NCBI GenBank assembly: GCA_944388585.1
Contig: CALXJI010000003.1
Location: 4,500-68,499 of the forward strand
Source: an uncultured Clostridia bacterium
GTDB lineage: Bacteria; Bacillota; Clostridia; TANB77; CAG-465
Reading direction: 5' to 3'
DNA length: 64,000 bases
Shown here: positions 8,381-17,207 of the stretch, piece after piece
How the letters are laid out: each line of letters starts with the position of its first letter
How positions within the stretch are numbered: position 1 is the stretch's first letter
Made by a program: the position numbers and the translations under genes
Notes under the pieces: generated by a model
Databases searched by the model: none
Seen by the model: the letters and a program-made list of their open reading frames with translations, nothing else
What the model was told of the DNA's origin: nothing

Positions 8381-10018
8381 TTACCTTGATTTTTTATTTT
8401 CAATATAATTATCATAATTTCCTAAATAAATATTAATTTTTCCATCCTCAAATTCTATTACTTTATCTGCAAATTTGTTAATAAAATATCTATCATGACT
8501 TATAAATATTAAAGTACCATCAAATTCTTCTAAAGCTCCTTCTAATACTTCTTTTGTTGGAATATCTATATGGTTTGTAGGCTCATCAAAAATTAAAGTA
8601 TTTATCTTTTTTTGTAGAAGATCTGCAAGTTTCACTTTCATTCTTTCACCACCAGATAGATTTTTAACTCTTTTATTAACATCTTCCTTATAAAATTCAA
8701 ATTTAGCTAAAATCTCCCTTGCTCTTTGCTCATTTGTCTTACTAGAATTTTTAAAATATTCTAGTAATTGTTGATCTTCATTATCAAATTGTATAACCTG
8801 TGGTAAGTATCCAATCTTTACACTAGGTCCTATTTGAACATTACCACTAACTTCTAAATCCTGTTCACCTAATACAGTTTTTATAAAAGTAGTTTTTCCG
8901 CTTCCATTTTTTCCAATAAATGCTACTCTTTCATGAGAATATATGTCTAAGTTAATTTTATTTAAAATAATTCTATTTTCTGGTGTCGTTACAGATAATT
9001 TATCCACACTTATAACTTTTTTACTAGACTTTCTTATTTCATTAAAATCAATGTTTAGTTTCTTTTTTACTTGTGGCCTTGATATAGCTGCTTTCTTAAG
9101 TCTCTCTATTTTAGCTTGTAAAACATGAGCTCTATCACAAAGTGTTGAACTATTTGTTGCCATTCCTCTTTGAGCAAAATACTTTCTTTGCTCTTCTAAT
9201 CTTTTTATTATAGCTTGCTGATCTTTATAATTTGCCATTTGTTTTTCAAAATCCTTTTGTTTTTCCTCAATATATCCTGTATAATTTGTATTATATATTT
9301 TTCCAACACCGTTATCTATATCCAATATTTTATTAGACATTTTATCTAAAAAATATCTATCATGTGATACTATAACTGCTGCACCTTTAAATGACTCTAT
9401 ATAGCTCTCAAGCCATTCTATTCTCGATATATCTAAATGATTTGTAGGTTCATCAAGTAATACTAAATCTGGTTTTATAATTAAGACTTTAGCAAGTTGT
9501 ACAAGTGTTTTTTCTCCACCACTTAATAAATTATACTTTTGATTTAATATTTCTTTATTTATATTAAGTCCATCTATTACAGCATTAATATTTATATCCA
9601 TATCATATCCACCAAGTTCAGAAAATCTATCTAATAAATTACAATATTTATTTAATACTTTATTGTATTCTTCACCTTTAATATCAGAATTTAATTTTTC
9701 TTGTAAGCTTTTAATTTTCTTTTCAATTTCATTTAAATCTTTATATGTGTCTTTTAATATATCATATACTATTCTATCATCTATAGTACTAGATCCTATT
9801 TGATCTAAATATGCTACTTTTGCATCTTTTTTAATACTTATTTGTCCATTATCTGCCTTTTCAATTCCAGCTATAATTTTTAGTAATGTAGATTTTCCGC
9901 ATCCATTGGGACCCACTATTGAAATTGTTTCTCCTTCATTTAATGAGAATGATATATCTTCAAATAATTGTCCATACCCATAATTCATGCCTATTTTATT
10001 AACGTCTAAAATTATCAT
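8381..10018 (-). CDS. ABC-F family ATPase (two NBDs, no TM domain)
   Basis: Two Walker A motifs (GPNGCGKST, GKNGSGKTT), two LSGGE signatures and an inter-NBD linker. Confidence 0.85.
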   Translation of the reverse strand: MIILDVNKIGMNYGYGQLFEDISFSLNEGETISIVGPNGCGKSTLLKIIAGIEKADNGQISIKKDAKVAYLDQIGSSTIDDRIVYDILKDTYKDLNEIEKKIKSLQEKLNSDIKGEEYNKVLNKYCNLLDRFSELGGYDMDININAVIDGLNINKEILNQKYNLLSGGEKTLVQLAKVLIIKPDLVLLDEPTNHLDISRIEWLESYIESFKGAAVIVSHDRYFLDKMSNKILDIDNGVGKIYNTNYTGYIEEKQKDFEKQMANYKDQQAIIKRLEEQRKYFAQRGMATNSSTLCDRAHVLQAKIERLKKAAISRPQVKKKLNIDFNEIRKSSKKVISVDKLSVTTPENRIILNKINLDIYSHERVAFIGKNGSGKTTFIKTVLGEQDLEVSGNVQIGPSVKIGYLPQVIQFDNEDQQLLEYFKNSSKTNEQRAREILAKFEFYKEDVNKRVKNLSGGERMKVKLADLLQKKINTLIFDEPTNHIDIPTKEVLEGALEEFDGTLIFISHDRYFINKFADKVIEFEDGKINIYLGNYDNYIENKKSR

Positions 10019-10029
10019 ATAAGCTCCTT

Positions 10030-10569
10030 TTATTTCAAATTTTCTATAAAGTTTTTTGTTATATTTTTATTTAAAACTATATTATTTTTTCCAATAAGTC
10101 TTTGAAGTACTTTTATTCCTGCATTACTATACTCATCTCCACCAGTAGATGCACAATAGTCTGCTAATATTATAGGCCTTATTCCATCTTCAAACAAATC
10201 AACTGCAGTTGCAAGTACACACCCATCTGTATCAAAGCCTAATATATATACTTTATCTGACAAATTATTATTAATTGACTTTAATATATTAATCATGTCA
10301 TTTGTATATCCTGAATAACCATCTTTTTCTATAATAAAATCCAAATACTTTTCTATGTCTTTAACTATTTCTTGCTCTTTTTCATTCTTTAATTTATTCC
10401 ATTTAAGTATTTTTTCAAAATTACTTCCTTCATTATTTTTAAACTTAGTTGCTATTACGATATCAAATATATTGGTTTCTAATAATTTCACAATCTTATT
10501 TTTAGTATTTTCTGTATAACTATTTATAAAGCCATTTTGAACATCTACAACAAGTAAAATATTTTTCAT
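10030..10569 (-). CDS. isochorismatase-family cysteine hydrolase (nicotinamidase-like)
   Basis: LLVVDVQNGF and GFDTDGCVLATAVD motifs. Start moved to the ATG at 10569, which is preceded by GGAGG. Confidence 0.75.
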   Translation of the reverse strand: MKNILLVVDVQNGFINSYTENTKNKIVKLLETNIFDIVIATKFKNNEGSNFEKILKWNKLKNEKEQEIVKDIEKYLDFIIEKDGYSGYTNDMINILKSINNNLSDKVYILGFDTDGCVLATAVDLFEDGIRPIILADYCASTGGDEYSNAGIKVLQRLIGKNNIVLNKNITKNFIENLK

Positions 10570-10612
10570 TTTTTCCTCCAACTATATGTAAAATAACTAA
10601 TATTGTATTTTG

Positions 10613-10641
10613 ATTATATCAATAATTATATACTTCGTCAA
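10613..10641 (-). promoter_or_regulatory. sigma-A type promoter for the isochorismatase/ABC-F unit
   Basis: Minus strand reads TTGACG, a 17-nt spacer, then TATAAT. Confidence 0.6.
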
Positions 10642-10650
10642 ATATTATAT

Positions 10651-10684
10651 AAAAAAGAAATTAGCTAATACTAATTCCTTTTTT
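10651..10684 (-). terminator. intrinsic terminator ending the upstream operon
   Basis: Minus strand reads ggaattag-tattag-ctaatttc followed by tttttt. Confidence 0.6.
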
Positions 10685-10685
10685 A

Positions 10686-10895
10686 CTATTTATTGCTTTT
10701 TAATTTTTCGATAATATTTATTAATTTATTTTTATACTCCTCTATTTCTAAATCCAGAGACTTTATCTCATTATCTATCTCTTCTATTTCCTTATCATAA
10801 AGTTTACCAATTTGTACTCTTTGTTCTTTAGTTAATTCCTCTTGCTTTATTTCTCCTTTATCATATTTTTCTTTTAAAATATTAATATTTTCCAT
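10686..10895 (-). CDS. small coiled-coil protein, paralog of 33664..33894
   Basis: Shared pattern ILK.K..YDKG.I..E...LY..EI.E...EI..L..EI with the other copy. The start at 10895 (MENINIL) lies just after the upstream stop; the ORF track starts at 10916. Confidence 0.6.
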   Translation of the reverse strand: MENINILKEKYDKGEIKQEELTKEQRVQIGKLYDKEIEEIDNEIKSLDLEIEEYKNKLINIIEKLKSNK

Positions 10896-10899
10896 AACT

Positions 10900-12567
10900 C
10901 TACCTACTTTTTTCAATATTCTTATTTTTTAAACTTAAATATTTTTCTGATTCTCTATAACAATCTTTAGCTTCCTCTAAAAGTGCTAGCTTTTGATCTC
11001 TTATATCTTTTTTCTCTCTAAATTCCTTCTTCTTAAGCTCTAAATCTACATCTTCTTTATCATAATATTCAAAACTATTATTACTTACAACACTTTTCCT
11101 TCTTAATGTATTAGGATCTACTCTCTTTTTTTCCTGCTTTTTGTTTCTATCAAAAACTTCTGATACTCTATATAAAATCATCATTGGCTTTTTAAATATC
11201 TTTATTCTATTTTTATACTTCTTATTAGTTTCTATTTCCTCGTTTAATGATCTTTTTATCTGAGTATTATTATTATAAGTTGCTTTTACATTAGCTGCTA
11301 TTTTCTCTTTATACTCTAACTTTTGCTCAATATCACCATATACTTTATCTATCTTTTTCTCTTCTGTTTTCATATATTCAGTATATCTACTAGTAGTAGA
11401 AAATGTATTTCTATCAATAATACATTTTGTATCTTCTTTTAATCTGTATAAATCTTGCTTTTTCTTCATAAAATCATTTTCATTATATTCTTTACATCTA
11501 TTAAAGATTATTGCAAATTCTTCTTTCCCTAATCTTTTTGTAGCTTCTTGTAATTCTTTATTTTTTCCATAAAGAACCTTTTCAGAATATATTTTACTAA
11601 AACATTCATATATTTGCCTTCTAGCTTCTGGATCATTTTCACCTTTTGATTCTCTATTTTCAATTTTAATAATTTCATCAATTGTTCTTTTTCTTCCATC
11701 TTTATCATATTCTATATTTAAAAGAGGATACATTTTTAATATTCTACTATCACTAGCTATTGCAATCGTTGCAGCATTGCTAGTGATCCTATTTCTATTA
11801 CCTGTAGAGTCAAACAAACTCATTTCATTACTCATTACAATATCGTTTGTTTCTCTACTTACAGCTCTATCAAAAACATCTTTGTCAACATCATCTGGTG
11901 TAATATTTTTTAATTGACCTGATCTTGCTAATTCTTTTGTTAGCATATATGCTTTTTTACAAATCATAAGAGACTCTGTTTTTCCAGAAAGTCTTGCATC
12001 TGCTTCTATAAAGAAATTTTTATAATTATTCTTAAGTTTATAAAAATATCTTCTTTTTATCCCCATGCTTGCAAATTCTTTAGACATCAAATATTTTTCT
12101 TCCGCTGTATATCCAACATGATCTTCATTTAATCTAGTTGCTCTTTCTTGTTTATAATGTCTATATTCATGTTGAATAGTTTCTATATATCTAGTAATAG
12201 TTTCCATTCTAACTTTTGTACTTGGACTAGATAATCCTTTGTTTCCTCTTTTACTTCCATTTATTATTTTATTAAAATTAACCTTTAAAACAGAATTATC
12301 TTTTTTACCGTAGTCCTCTTTAAAACTCATAGATCCATTTACAGTTTTAGCTTTCTTTTTATCCACCGATTTTATATCAATTTTAGCATCATCTATTCCA
12401 TCTTTTACTAAATTTGCATTAAGTATTCTTCTAGTATACGTACGTAATTCCTTTTCAAATTTTTCTTGCTTCAAATTTGATCTATTATATACAAATTTAT
12501 CAAACATTTCCAATGCTATATCTTGTAAGTCATTAAAATCTGTTTGATTTATATCAATGTTGTTCAT
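10900..12567 (-). CDS. hypothetical K/E/N-rich protein with an HExxH motif (possible zincin-like metallopeptidase core)
   Basis: TIQHEYRHYKQE (codons at 12157-12171), with a downstream FFIEADA that could supply a third ligand. AGGAG RBS. No TM or signal peptide. Confidence 0.6.
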   Translation of the reverse strand: MNNIDINQTDFNDLQDIALEMFDKFVYNRSNLKQEKFEKELRTYTRRILNANLVKDGIDDAKIDIKSVDKKKAKTVNGSMSFKEDYGKKDNSVLKVNFNKIINGSKRGNKGLSSPSTKVRMETITRYIETIQHEYRHYKQERATRLNEDHVGYTAEEKYLMSKEFASMGIKRRYFYKLKNNYKNFFIEADARLSGKTESLMICKKAYMLTKELARSGQLKNITPDDVDKDVFDRAVSRETNDIVMSNEMSLFDSTGNRNRITSNAATIAIASDSRILKMYPLLNIEYDKDGRKRTIDEIIKIENRESKGENDPEARRQIYECFSKIYSEKVLYGKNKELQEATKRLGKEEFAIIFNRCKEYNENDFMKKKQDLYRLKEDTKCIIDRNTFSTTSRYTEYMKTEEKKIDKVYGDIEQKLEYKEKIAANVKATYNNNTQIKRSLNEEIETNKKYKNRIKIFKKPMMILYRVSEVFDRNKKQEKKRVDPNTLRRKSVVSNNSFEYYDKEDVDLELKKKEFREKKDIRDQKLALLEEAKDCYRESEKYLSLKNKNIEKSR

Positions 12568-12570
12568 ATA

Positions 12571-12732
12571 CTATTTCTCCTTTGTTATTTCCTCATATAT
12601 TTTATACGGATTCATATTTATTCTTTTATTATGTGAAACATTAGTTAAAAATTCATGTATTCTCTGATCAGTTACTTCTGACAACTCATCTAATTTTTTA
12701 TCTAAATCTTTATCATCATTTTCTATATCCAT
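12571..12732 (-). CDS. small acidic hypothetical protein (53 aa from MDIENDD)
   Basis: AGGTGA RBS before the ATG at 12732. Packed between the ABC-F gene and the HExxH gene. Confidence 0.45.
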   Translation of the reverse strand: MDIENDDKDLDKKLDELSEVTDQRIHEFLTNVSHNKRINMNPYKIYEEITKEK

Positions 12733-12769
12733 ACTATCACCTACTAAAATATTAACATTTATTAAAAAA

Positions 12770-14674
12770 TTATTCAACATTGCATAATTCTATTGTTTTA
12801 TTTAAGTCTTCCCATTCTTTCATTTTTTCTTCTATAGCATTATTTTTTTCATCTATATTTTTTTGAAACTCAGAAAGTTTAATATAATTTGTACAAAATT
12901 CTTCCTTTTGCATTTCAAGTTGAATATTTTTTATTTCTTCCTCAAGTTTTTCTATATCATTTTCAAGTCTTTTTATCTTATTTTTAATTCTATTCTTTTC
13001 TTTATTTTCAAAATAAGTACTTTTATCTTTCTTTTTTTCTGTTTCATTAATAACTACTTCTCTTTTTTCATCTTCCCTTTTTTCTAAATATTGGGAATAT
13101 GTTTCATTAAAATATTTAATACTATTATTTTCAAATATAATTAAAGAATCTGCTATTTTATTTATAAAATACCTATCATGTGATACTACAATTAAAGTTC
13201 CATTATATGATTTTAGTATGTTTTCTAAACTTTCTTTACCAATTATATCCATATGATTTGTTGGCTCATCAAGTAGTAATAAATTAGGTCCTTTTTTAAA
13301 TATTTTACACAGCTGCAATCTTACCCTTTCTCCACCAGATAAAAGATTTATTGGCTTTTCTATATCATCTGCATAAAACATAAATGATGCTAGTGCACTT
13401 CTTGTTTGAGTTATAGTTAGATTTGGAAAAGAGTCACTAAATTCTTCAATCACTGTTTTATTTTTATCTACAAATTCCATTTGTTGATCAAAATATTCCT
13501 TTTCTACATGATATCCATATTTATATTCACCAGATATTTTAGGTATATACCCCATTAAAGTTTTTAAAAGTGTAGATTTTCCTTTTCCGTTCGCTCCAAT
13601 TATGCCAAGTTTTTGACCTTTATATACTTCAAATGATAAATTACCTAAAGAAGCATCATATCCAAATTCTAAATCTTTAACTTTTAGTACTAATTTTCCA
13701 CTTTCTGTATTAATCTTAAAATTAGTATGAAATGTAGTTAAATCATATTTATTAGGCTCTTCTATTTTTACCATTTGCTCAATTTTCTTTAGTTTAGATA
13801 ATGCCATTTTTGCCTTTGTAGGTTTATATCTAAATCTGTCTGCTATTGCTTGTAATCTTTTTATTTCTTTTTGTTGATACTCATAGTCTTTTAATTGCTT
13901 TTCATAATTTTCTCTTTTTTGAATTTCAAAAGCACTATAATTCCCTGTATACTCTGTCATAGAAGCATACTCTATTTCATATACTTTATTTACTATTTTA
14001 TCTAAAAACATTCTATCATGTGATACTATTACAATGGCTTTAGGATAATTTTTTAAATAATTTTCTAACCATTCTATAGTAGTGATATCTAAATGATTTG
14101 TTGGTTCATCTAACAACAATATGTCAGGTTTACTAAGTATTAACTTTATAAGTGCAATTTTAGTTTTTTGTCCTCCTGAAAAATCATTTATATTTTTATT
14201 TAAATCATTCTCACTAAATCCAAATTTATTAAGAGCTGTTAAATATTCCTTTTTATATGTATATCCATCCAATAATTCATATAGTTCTAGTGCAGATGTA
14301 TAATTTTTTATACTTTTCTCTGTAGAATCACTTTTTAACTCTTCTTCTAATTTTGCTATTTTTTGTTCTAAATCTATTATTGGCTTATATATCTTTAAAA
14401 TTTCTTGCAAAAGTGTGCAGTTATCATCTTCAAATTGTACCTGCTCTAAGTATCCTATTACAGGGTTTCCTTGCTTATATACACCAAATTTTTGCTCACC
14501 TATACCTTGCTCTAACATTTCATTATCTATTATAGCTTTAAGAAGAGTTGATTTACCACAACCATTTCTACCAACTACTGCTATTTTATCTTTTTCTTTT
14601 ATTTCAAAATTTATTTCTTCTAATATTGTATCTGCTCCATATGATACAGAACCATTTACAATTTTATAATTCAT
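12770..14674 (-). CDS. ABC-F family ATPase with a C-terminal coiled-coil extension
   Basis: Walker A GRNGCGKST and GANGKGKST, and two LSGG(Q/E) signatures. The last roughly 100 aa form a K/E-rich tail. I prefer the start at 14674 (MNYKIVNG). Confidence 0.85.
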   Translation of the reverse strand: MNYKIVNGSVSYGADTILEEINFEIKEKDKIAVVGRNGCGKSTLLKAIIDNEMLEQGIGEQKFGVYKQGNPVIGYLEQVQFEDDNCTLLQEILKIYKPIIDLEQKIAKLEEELKSDSTEKSIKNYTSALELYELLDGYTYKKEYLTALNKFGFSENDLNKNINDFSGGQKTKIALIKLILSKPDILLLDEPTNHLDITTIEWLENYLKNYPKAIVIVSHDRMFLDKIVNKVYEIEYASMTEYTGNYSAFEIQKRENYEKQLKDYEYQQKEIKRLQAIADRFRYKPTKAKMALSKLKKIEQMVKIEEPNKYDLTTFHTNFKINTESGKLVLKVKDLEFGYDASLGNLSFEVYKGQKLGIIGANGKGKSTLLKTLMGYIPKISGEYKYGYHVEKEYFDQQMEFVDKNKTVIEEFSDSFPNLTITQTRSALASFMFYADDIEKPINLLSGGERVRLQLCKIFKKGPNLLLLDEPTNHMDIIGKESLENILKSYNGTLIVVSHDRYFINKIADSLIIFENNSIKYFNETYSQYLEKREDEKREVVINETEKKKDKSTYFENKEKNRIKNKIKRLENDIEKLEEEIKNIQLEMQKEEFCTNYIKLSEFQKNIDEKNNAIEEKMKEWEDLNKTIELCNVE

Positions 14675-14688
14675 CTTCTTCACCTTTT

Positions 14689-15111
14689 CTATACTTTTTT
14701 CTCTTCTAAATCTTTACTAAATCTTAAAACATAACCATTAGGATCTTGTACTAAAAATTCTTTACACCCCATAAGTACATTATCTTTTCTATACCAGTGC
14801 TCTTCTATATCTACAAATATTTTATATTTATTTTCTTTTAACCTATTATATATTTTATCTATATTGATAACATCTATTTGAAAATTAATTCCTCTACCAA
14901 GTGGATATTCAAGCTTTGCTGTTTCCCATTTATTCTCACTTTTATTTATTTCTTGTAGCATTATTTGTACATCTTCAAACTCTATAAATGCAAATTTATC
15001 CTCTATTCTTTCATATACTACATTAAACCCTATTAAGTCTATATAAAAATGTAGACTTTCTTTTAAATTAAAGACGTCAAACTCGGGTATCATCTGATTC
15101 CATTTCATCTT
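14689..15111 (-). CDS. VOC/glyoxalase-bleomycin resistance family protein
   Basis: Size, and N-terminal IPEFDVFNLKESLHFYIDLIGF with C-terminal FLVQDPNGYVLRF typical of the fold. GGAGG lies before the ATG at 15111. Confidence 0.65.
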   Translation of the reverse strand, partial: KMKWNQMIPEFDVFNLKESLHFYIDLIGFNVVYERIEDKFAFIEFEDVQIMLQEINKSENKWETAKLEYPLGRGINFQIDVINIDKIYNRLKENKYKIFVDIEEHWYRKDNVLMGCKEFLVQDPNGYVLRFSKDLEEKKV

Positions 15112-15278
15112 GATCCTCCTAAAGTATGATATAAATAGTATATAATACAAGTACTCAAAATTCAAATTTTTATGTACAAAAAATGTATTTTACGTAACAA
15201 CTCTTAAATTTTATATTCAAAGGTTTAACAATATTTATTTTTAAACATAATATTATATTAGTTAAAGTAGGTGATTTT

Positions 15279-15725
15279 ATGAGCTTTTCAGATAGAGAGC
15301 TTTTAGCAAGAATTGTAATGTGCGAAGCTGGTGGAGAAGGAGACAATGGAATGAAAGCAGTTGCATCTGTAATAATGAATAGAGTAAATGTGTCAACAGG
15401 CGAATATTTTAGAATATCTCAAGGCGGAAATATACGAAATATAATCTTTCAGCAAGGACAATTCAACTGTGCAACTGATATGTTACAAGGTACATATAAC
15501 CCACAAAACATATATAACATGACACCAGATGAAACACACTATGCTATTGCAGATTGGGCATTAAGTGGAAATAGATTAAATGCTGCTGGAGATTGCTTAT
15601 GGTTTATGAATCCATTTAGGCCAACATGTCCAAAAGAATTCCCATATAATGGCACAGGCTCATTACACACAAGAATATTAAATCACTGTTTCTATACACC
15701 TACAAGTTTATATGCAAGCACATAA
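15279..15725 (+). CDS. cwlJ: spore cortex-lytic cell wall hydrolase (SleB/CwlJ catalytic domain)
   Basis: LLARIVMCEAGGEGDNGMKAVASVIMNRV is the hallmark of the family. Followed by a gerQ-like gene, as in Bacillus. Confidence 0.8.
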   Translation: MSFSDRELLARIVMCEAGGEGDNGMKAVASVIMNRVNVSTGEYFRISQGGNIRNIIFQQGQFNCATDMLQGTYNPQNIYNMTPDETHYAIADWALSGNRLNAAGDCLWFMNPFRPTCPKEFPYNGTGSLHTRILNHCFYTPTSLYAST

Positions 15726-15746
15726 TTTTGAAAGGAGAATAAAAAT

Positions 15747-16097
15747 ATGTTAAATAATATAAATAACAATTCACGTCAAGCAGTACAATTAAATAATGAT
15801 ACAACAACACCTTCTAACATGCCTGAAAATCTTACCAATTCAATTTATACTCCTGCATTTTTAAGAAATTATATAGGTAAACTAGTTAAAGTAGAATTTT
15901 TAATTGGAACAAATAATATGCAAGATAGAATAGGTATACTACTTGATGTTGGAGCTAGTTACATAGTACTTAGATCAGTACAAGATAATAATTTATTATA
16001 TTGTGATATTTTCTCTATTAAATTTGTTACAATATCTAATAATTCTTTTGTATACAACTCAAATATATACAATTCTAACATGCAATATGGCATGTAA
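15747..16097 (+). CDS. gerQ: spore coat protein GerQ/YwdL-like
   Basis: IGKLVKVEFLIGTNNMQDRIGILLDVGASYIVLR core, plus adjacency to the cwlJ-like gene. Confidence 0.65.
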   Translation: MLNNINNNSRQAVQLNNDTTTPSNMPENLTNSIYTPAFLRNYIGKLVKVEFLIGTNNMQDRIGILLDVGASYIVLRSVQDNNLLYCDIFSIKFVTISNNSFVYNSNIYNSNMQYGM

Positions 16098-16124
16098 AAA
16101 CACACCAACAAGGTGTGTTTTTAT
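16098..16124 (+). terminator. intrinsic terminator
   Basis: aaacacacc-aacaa-ggtgtgttt followed by a T-run. Confidence 0.8.
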
Positions 16125-16146
16125 ATTCTTACTACATATTTTAAAA

Positions 16147-16229
16147 ATTTATCACATTTTTAGAAGCATTTCAATATGTATTTATCACATTTTTAGAAAG
16201 CTTTTTACTACATTTTTCACATTTTTAGA
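16147..16229 (+). repeat. three direct copies of ATTT(A/T)TCACATTTTTAGA spaced 33 and 32 nt apart
   Basis: Copies at 16147-16164, 16180-16197 and 16212-16229. The core TTTATCACA/TTTTTCACA resembles the DnaA box TTWTNCACA. Confidence 0.7.
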
Positions 16230-16374
16230 TTTAATATAACTATCTTATTTATTTTTATAAGTATTTATCTGCTTTATACCTATAATCATATCCTCTAAAA
16301 TATATCATTATAATAATTTTTGTTCTCACATTTTTTAATCCATTTTTGTATTTCTGCTTTTAATTTACTATTTC

Positions 16375-17121
16375 TTACTTTAATTCTACTATATCTTCAT
16401 ATAATAAAATAAATTGTTCATTTACTTGCCTGTTATCATGATAATGTCCAAAATACCACTTTTTAAATTTAGTTTTTTCATATATTTTTTGAAAATAATC
16501 TGTAAGATAATCTTTTCTATAACTTTCTCCACTTATTAGAGTTTGTATACTTGTTGGTGCACAATGCGTTATAACATAATCCACATCATAACCTACTTTT
16601 TTTAAGTTATCTATTCCATTTTGCATTTCTTCTTTTGTTGGAAGCTCTAAGTCCCACCATGAAAAATCTCTTATTCTAAAATATGCACCCCTTTTTCTAT
16701 ATTTATATATTTTTTCTTGTTCATCTAAATTTAATATACCATCTCTTATATCATGTGAGCTAGCACCACCAAAAGTGAAAAATTTTTTACCATCTATATT
16801 ATAAATTTCCCCTCGCATTAAATGAAATACAGAATCTCGTATTTTATGTACTTTTCCACCACACCATTGTTTAATTGGATATTCATATAATCTAGTAAAA
16901 TTTTCATGATTTCCATCTACAAATAATGTTGTAAAATTTTTATCATTTAACCAATCTAACCAATACTTTTCACTTGTATTTTCATACATGTAATTCCATA
17001 CACCACCAAAATCCCCGCAAATAATAACATAATCATCTTTTGTCATATCTTTTTGTATAGGAAATTTTTTAGTAGAAAATCTTGTAAAATCCGAATGACA
17101 ATCACCTGTTATATATATCAT
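16375..17121 (-). CDS. calcineurin-like metallophosphoesterase
   Basis: GDCHSDF, ICGDFGG, VDGNHEN and GHYH motifs. I prefer the ATG at 17121, preceded by AAAGGA. Confidence 0.75.
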   Translation of the reverse strand: MIYITGDCHSDFTRFSTKKFPIQKDMTKDDYVIICGDFGGVWNYMYENTSEKYWLDWLNDKNFTTLFVDGNHENFTRLYEYPIKQWCGGKVHKIRDSVFHLMRGEIYNIDGKKFFTFGGASSHDIRDGILNLDEQEKIYKYRKRGAYFRIRDFSWWDLELPTKEEMQNGIDNLKKVGYDVDYVITHCAPTSIQTLISGESYRKDYLTDYFQKIYEKTKFKKWYFGHYHDNRQVNEQFILLYEDIVELK

Positions 17122-17207
17122 AATTATTATTCCTTTCAAAATATTATATAAACAAGTATAACATAATTTTACAAGTAATACTAGCTACATTTTTAATCAT
17201 ATCACAA

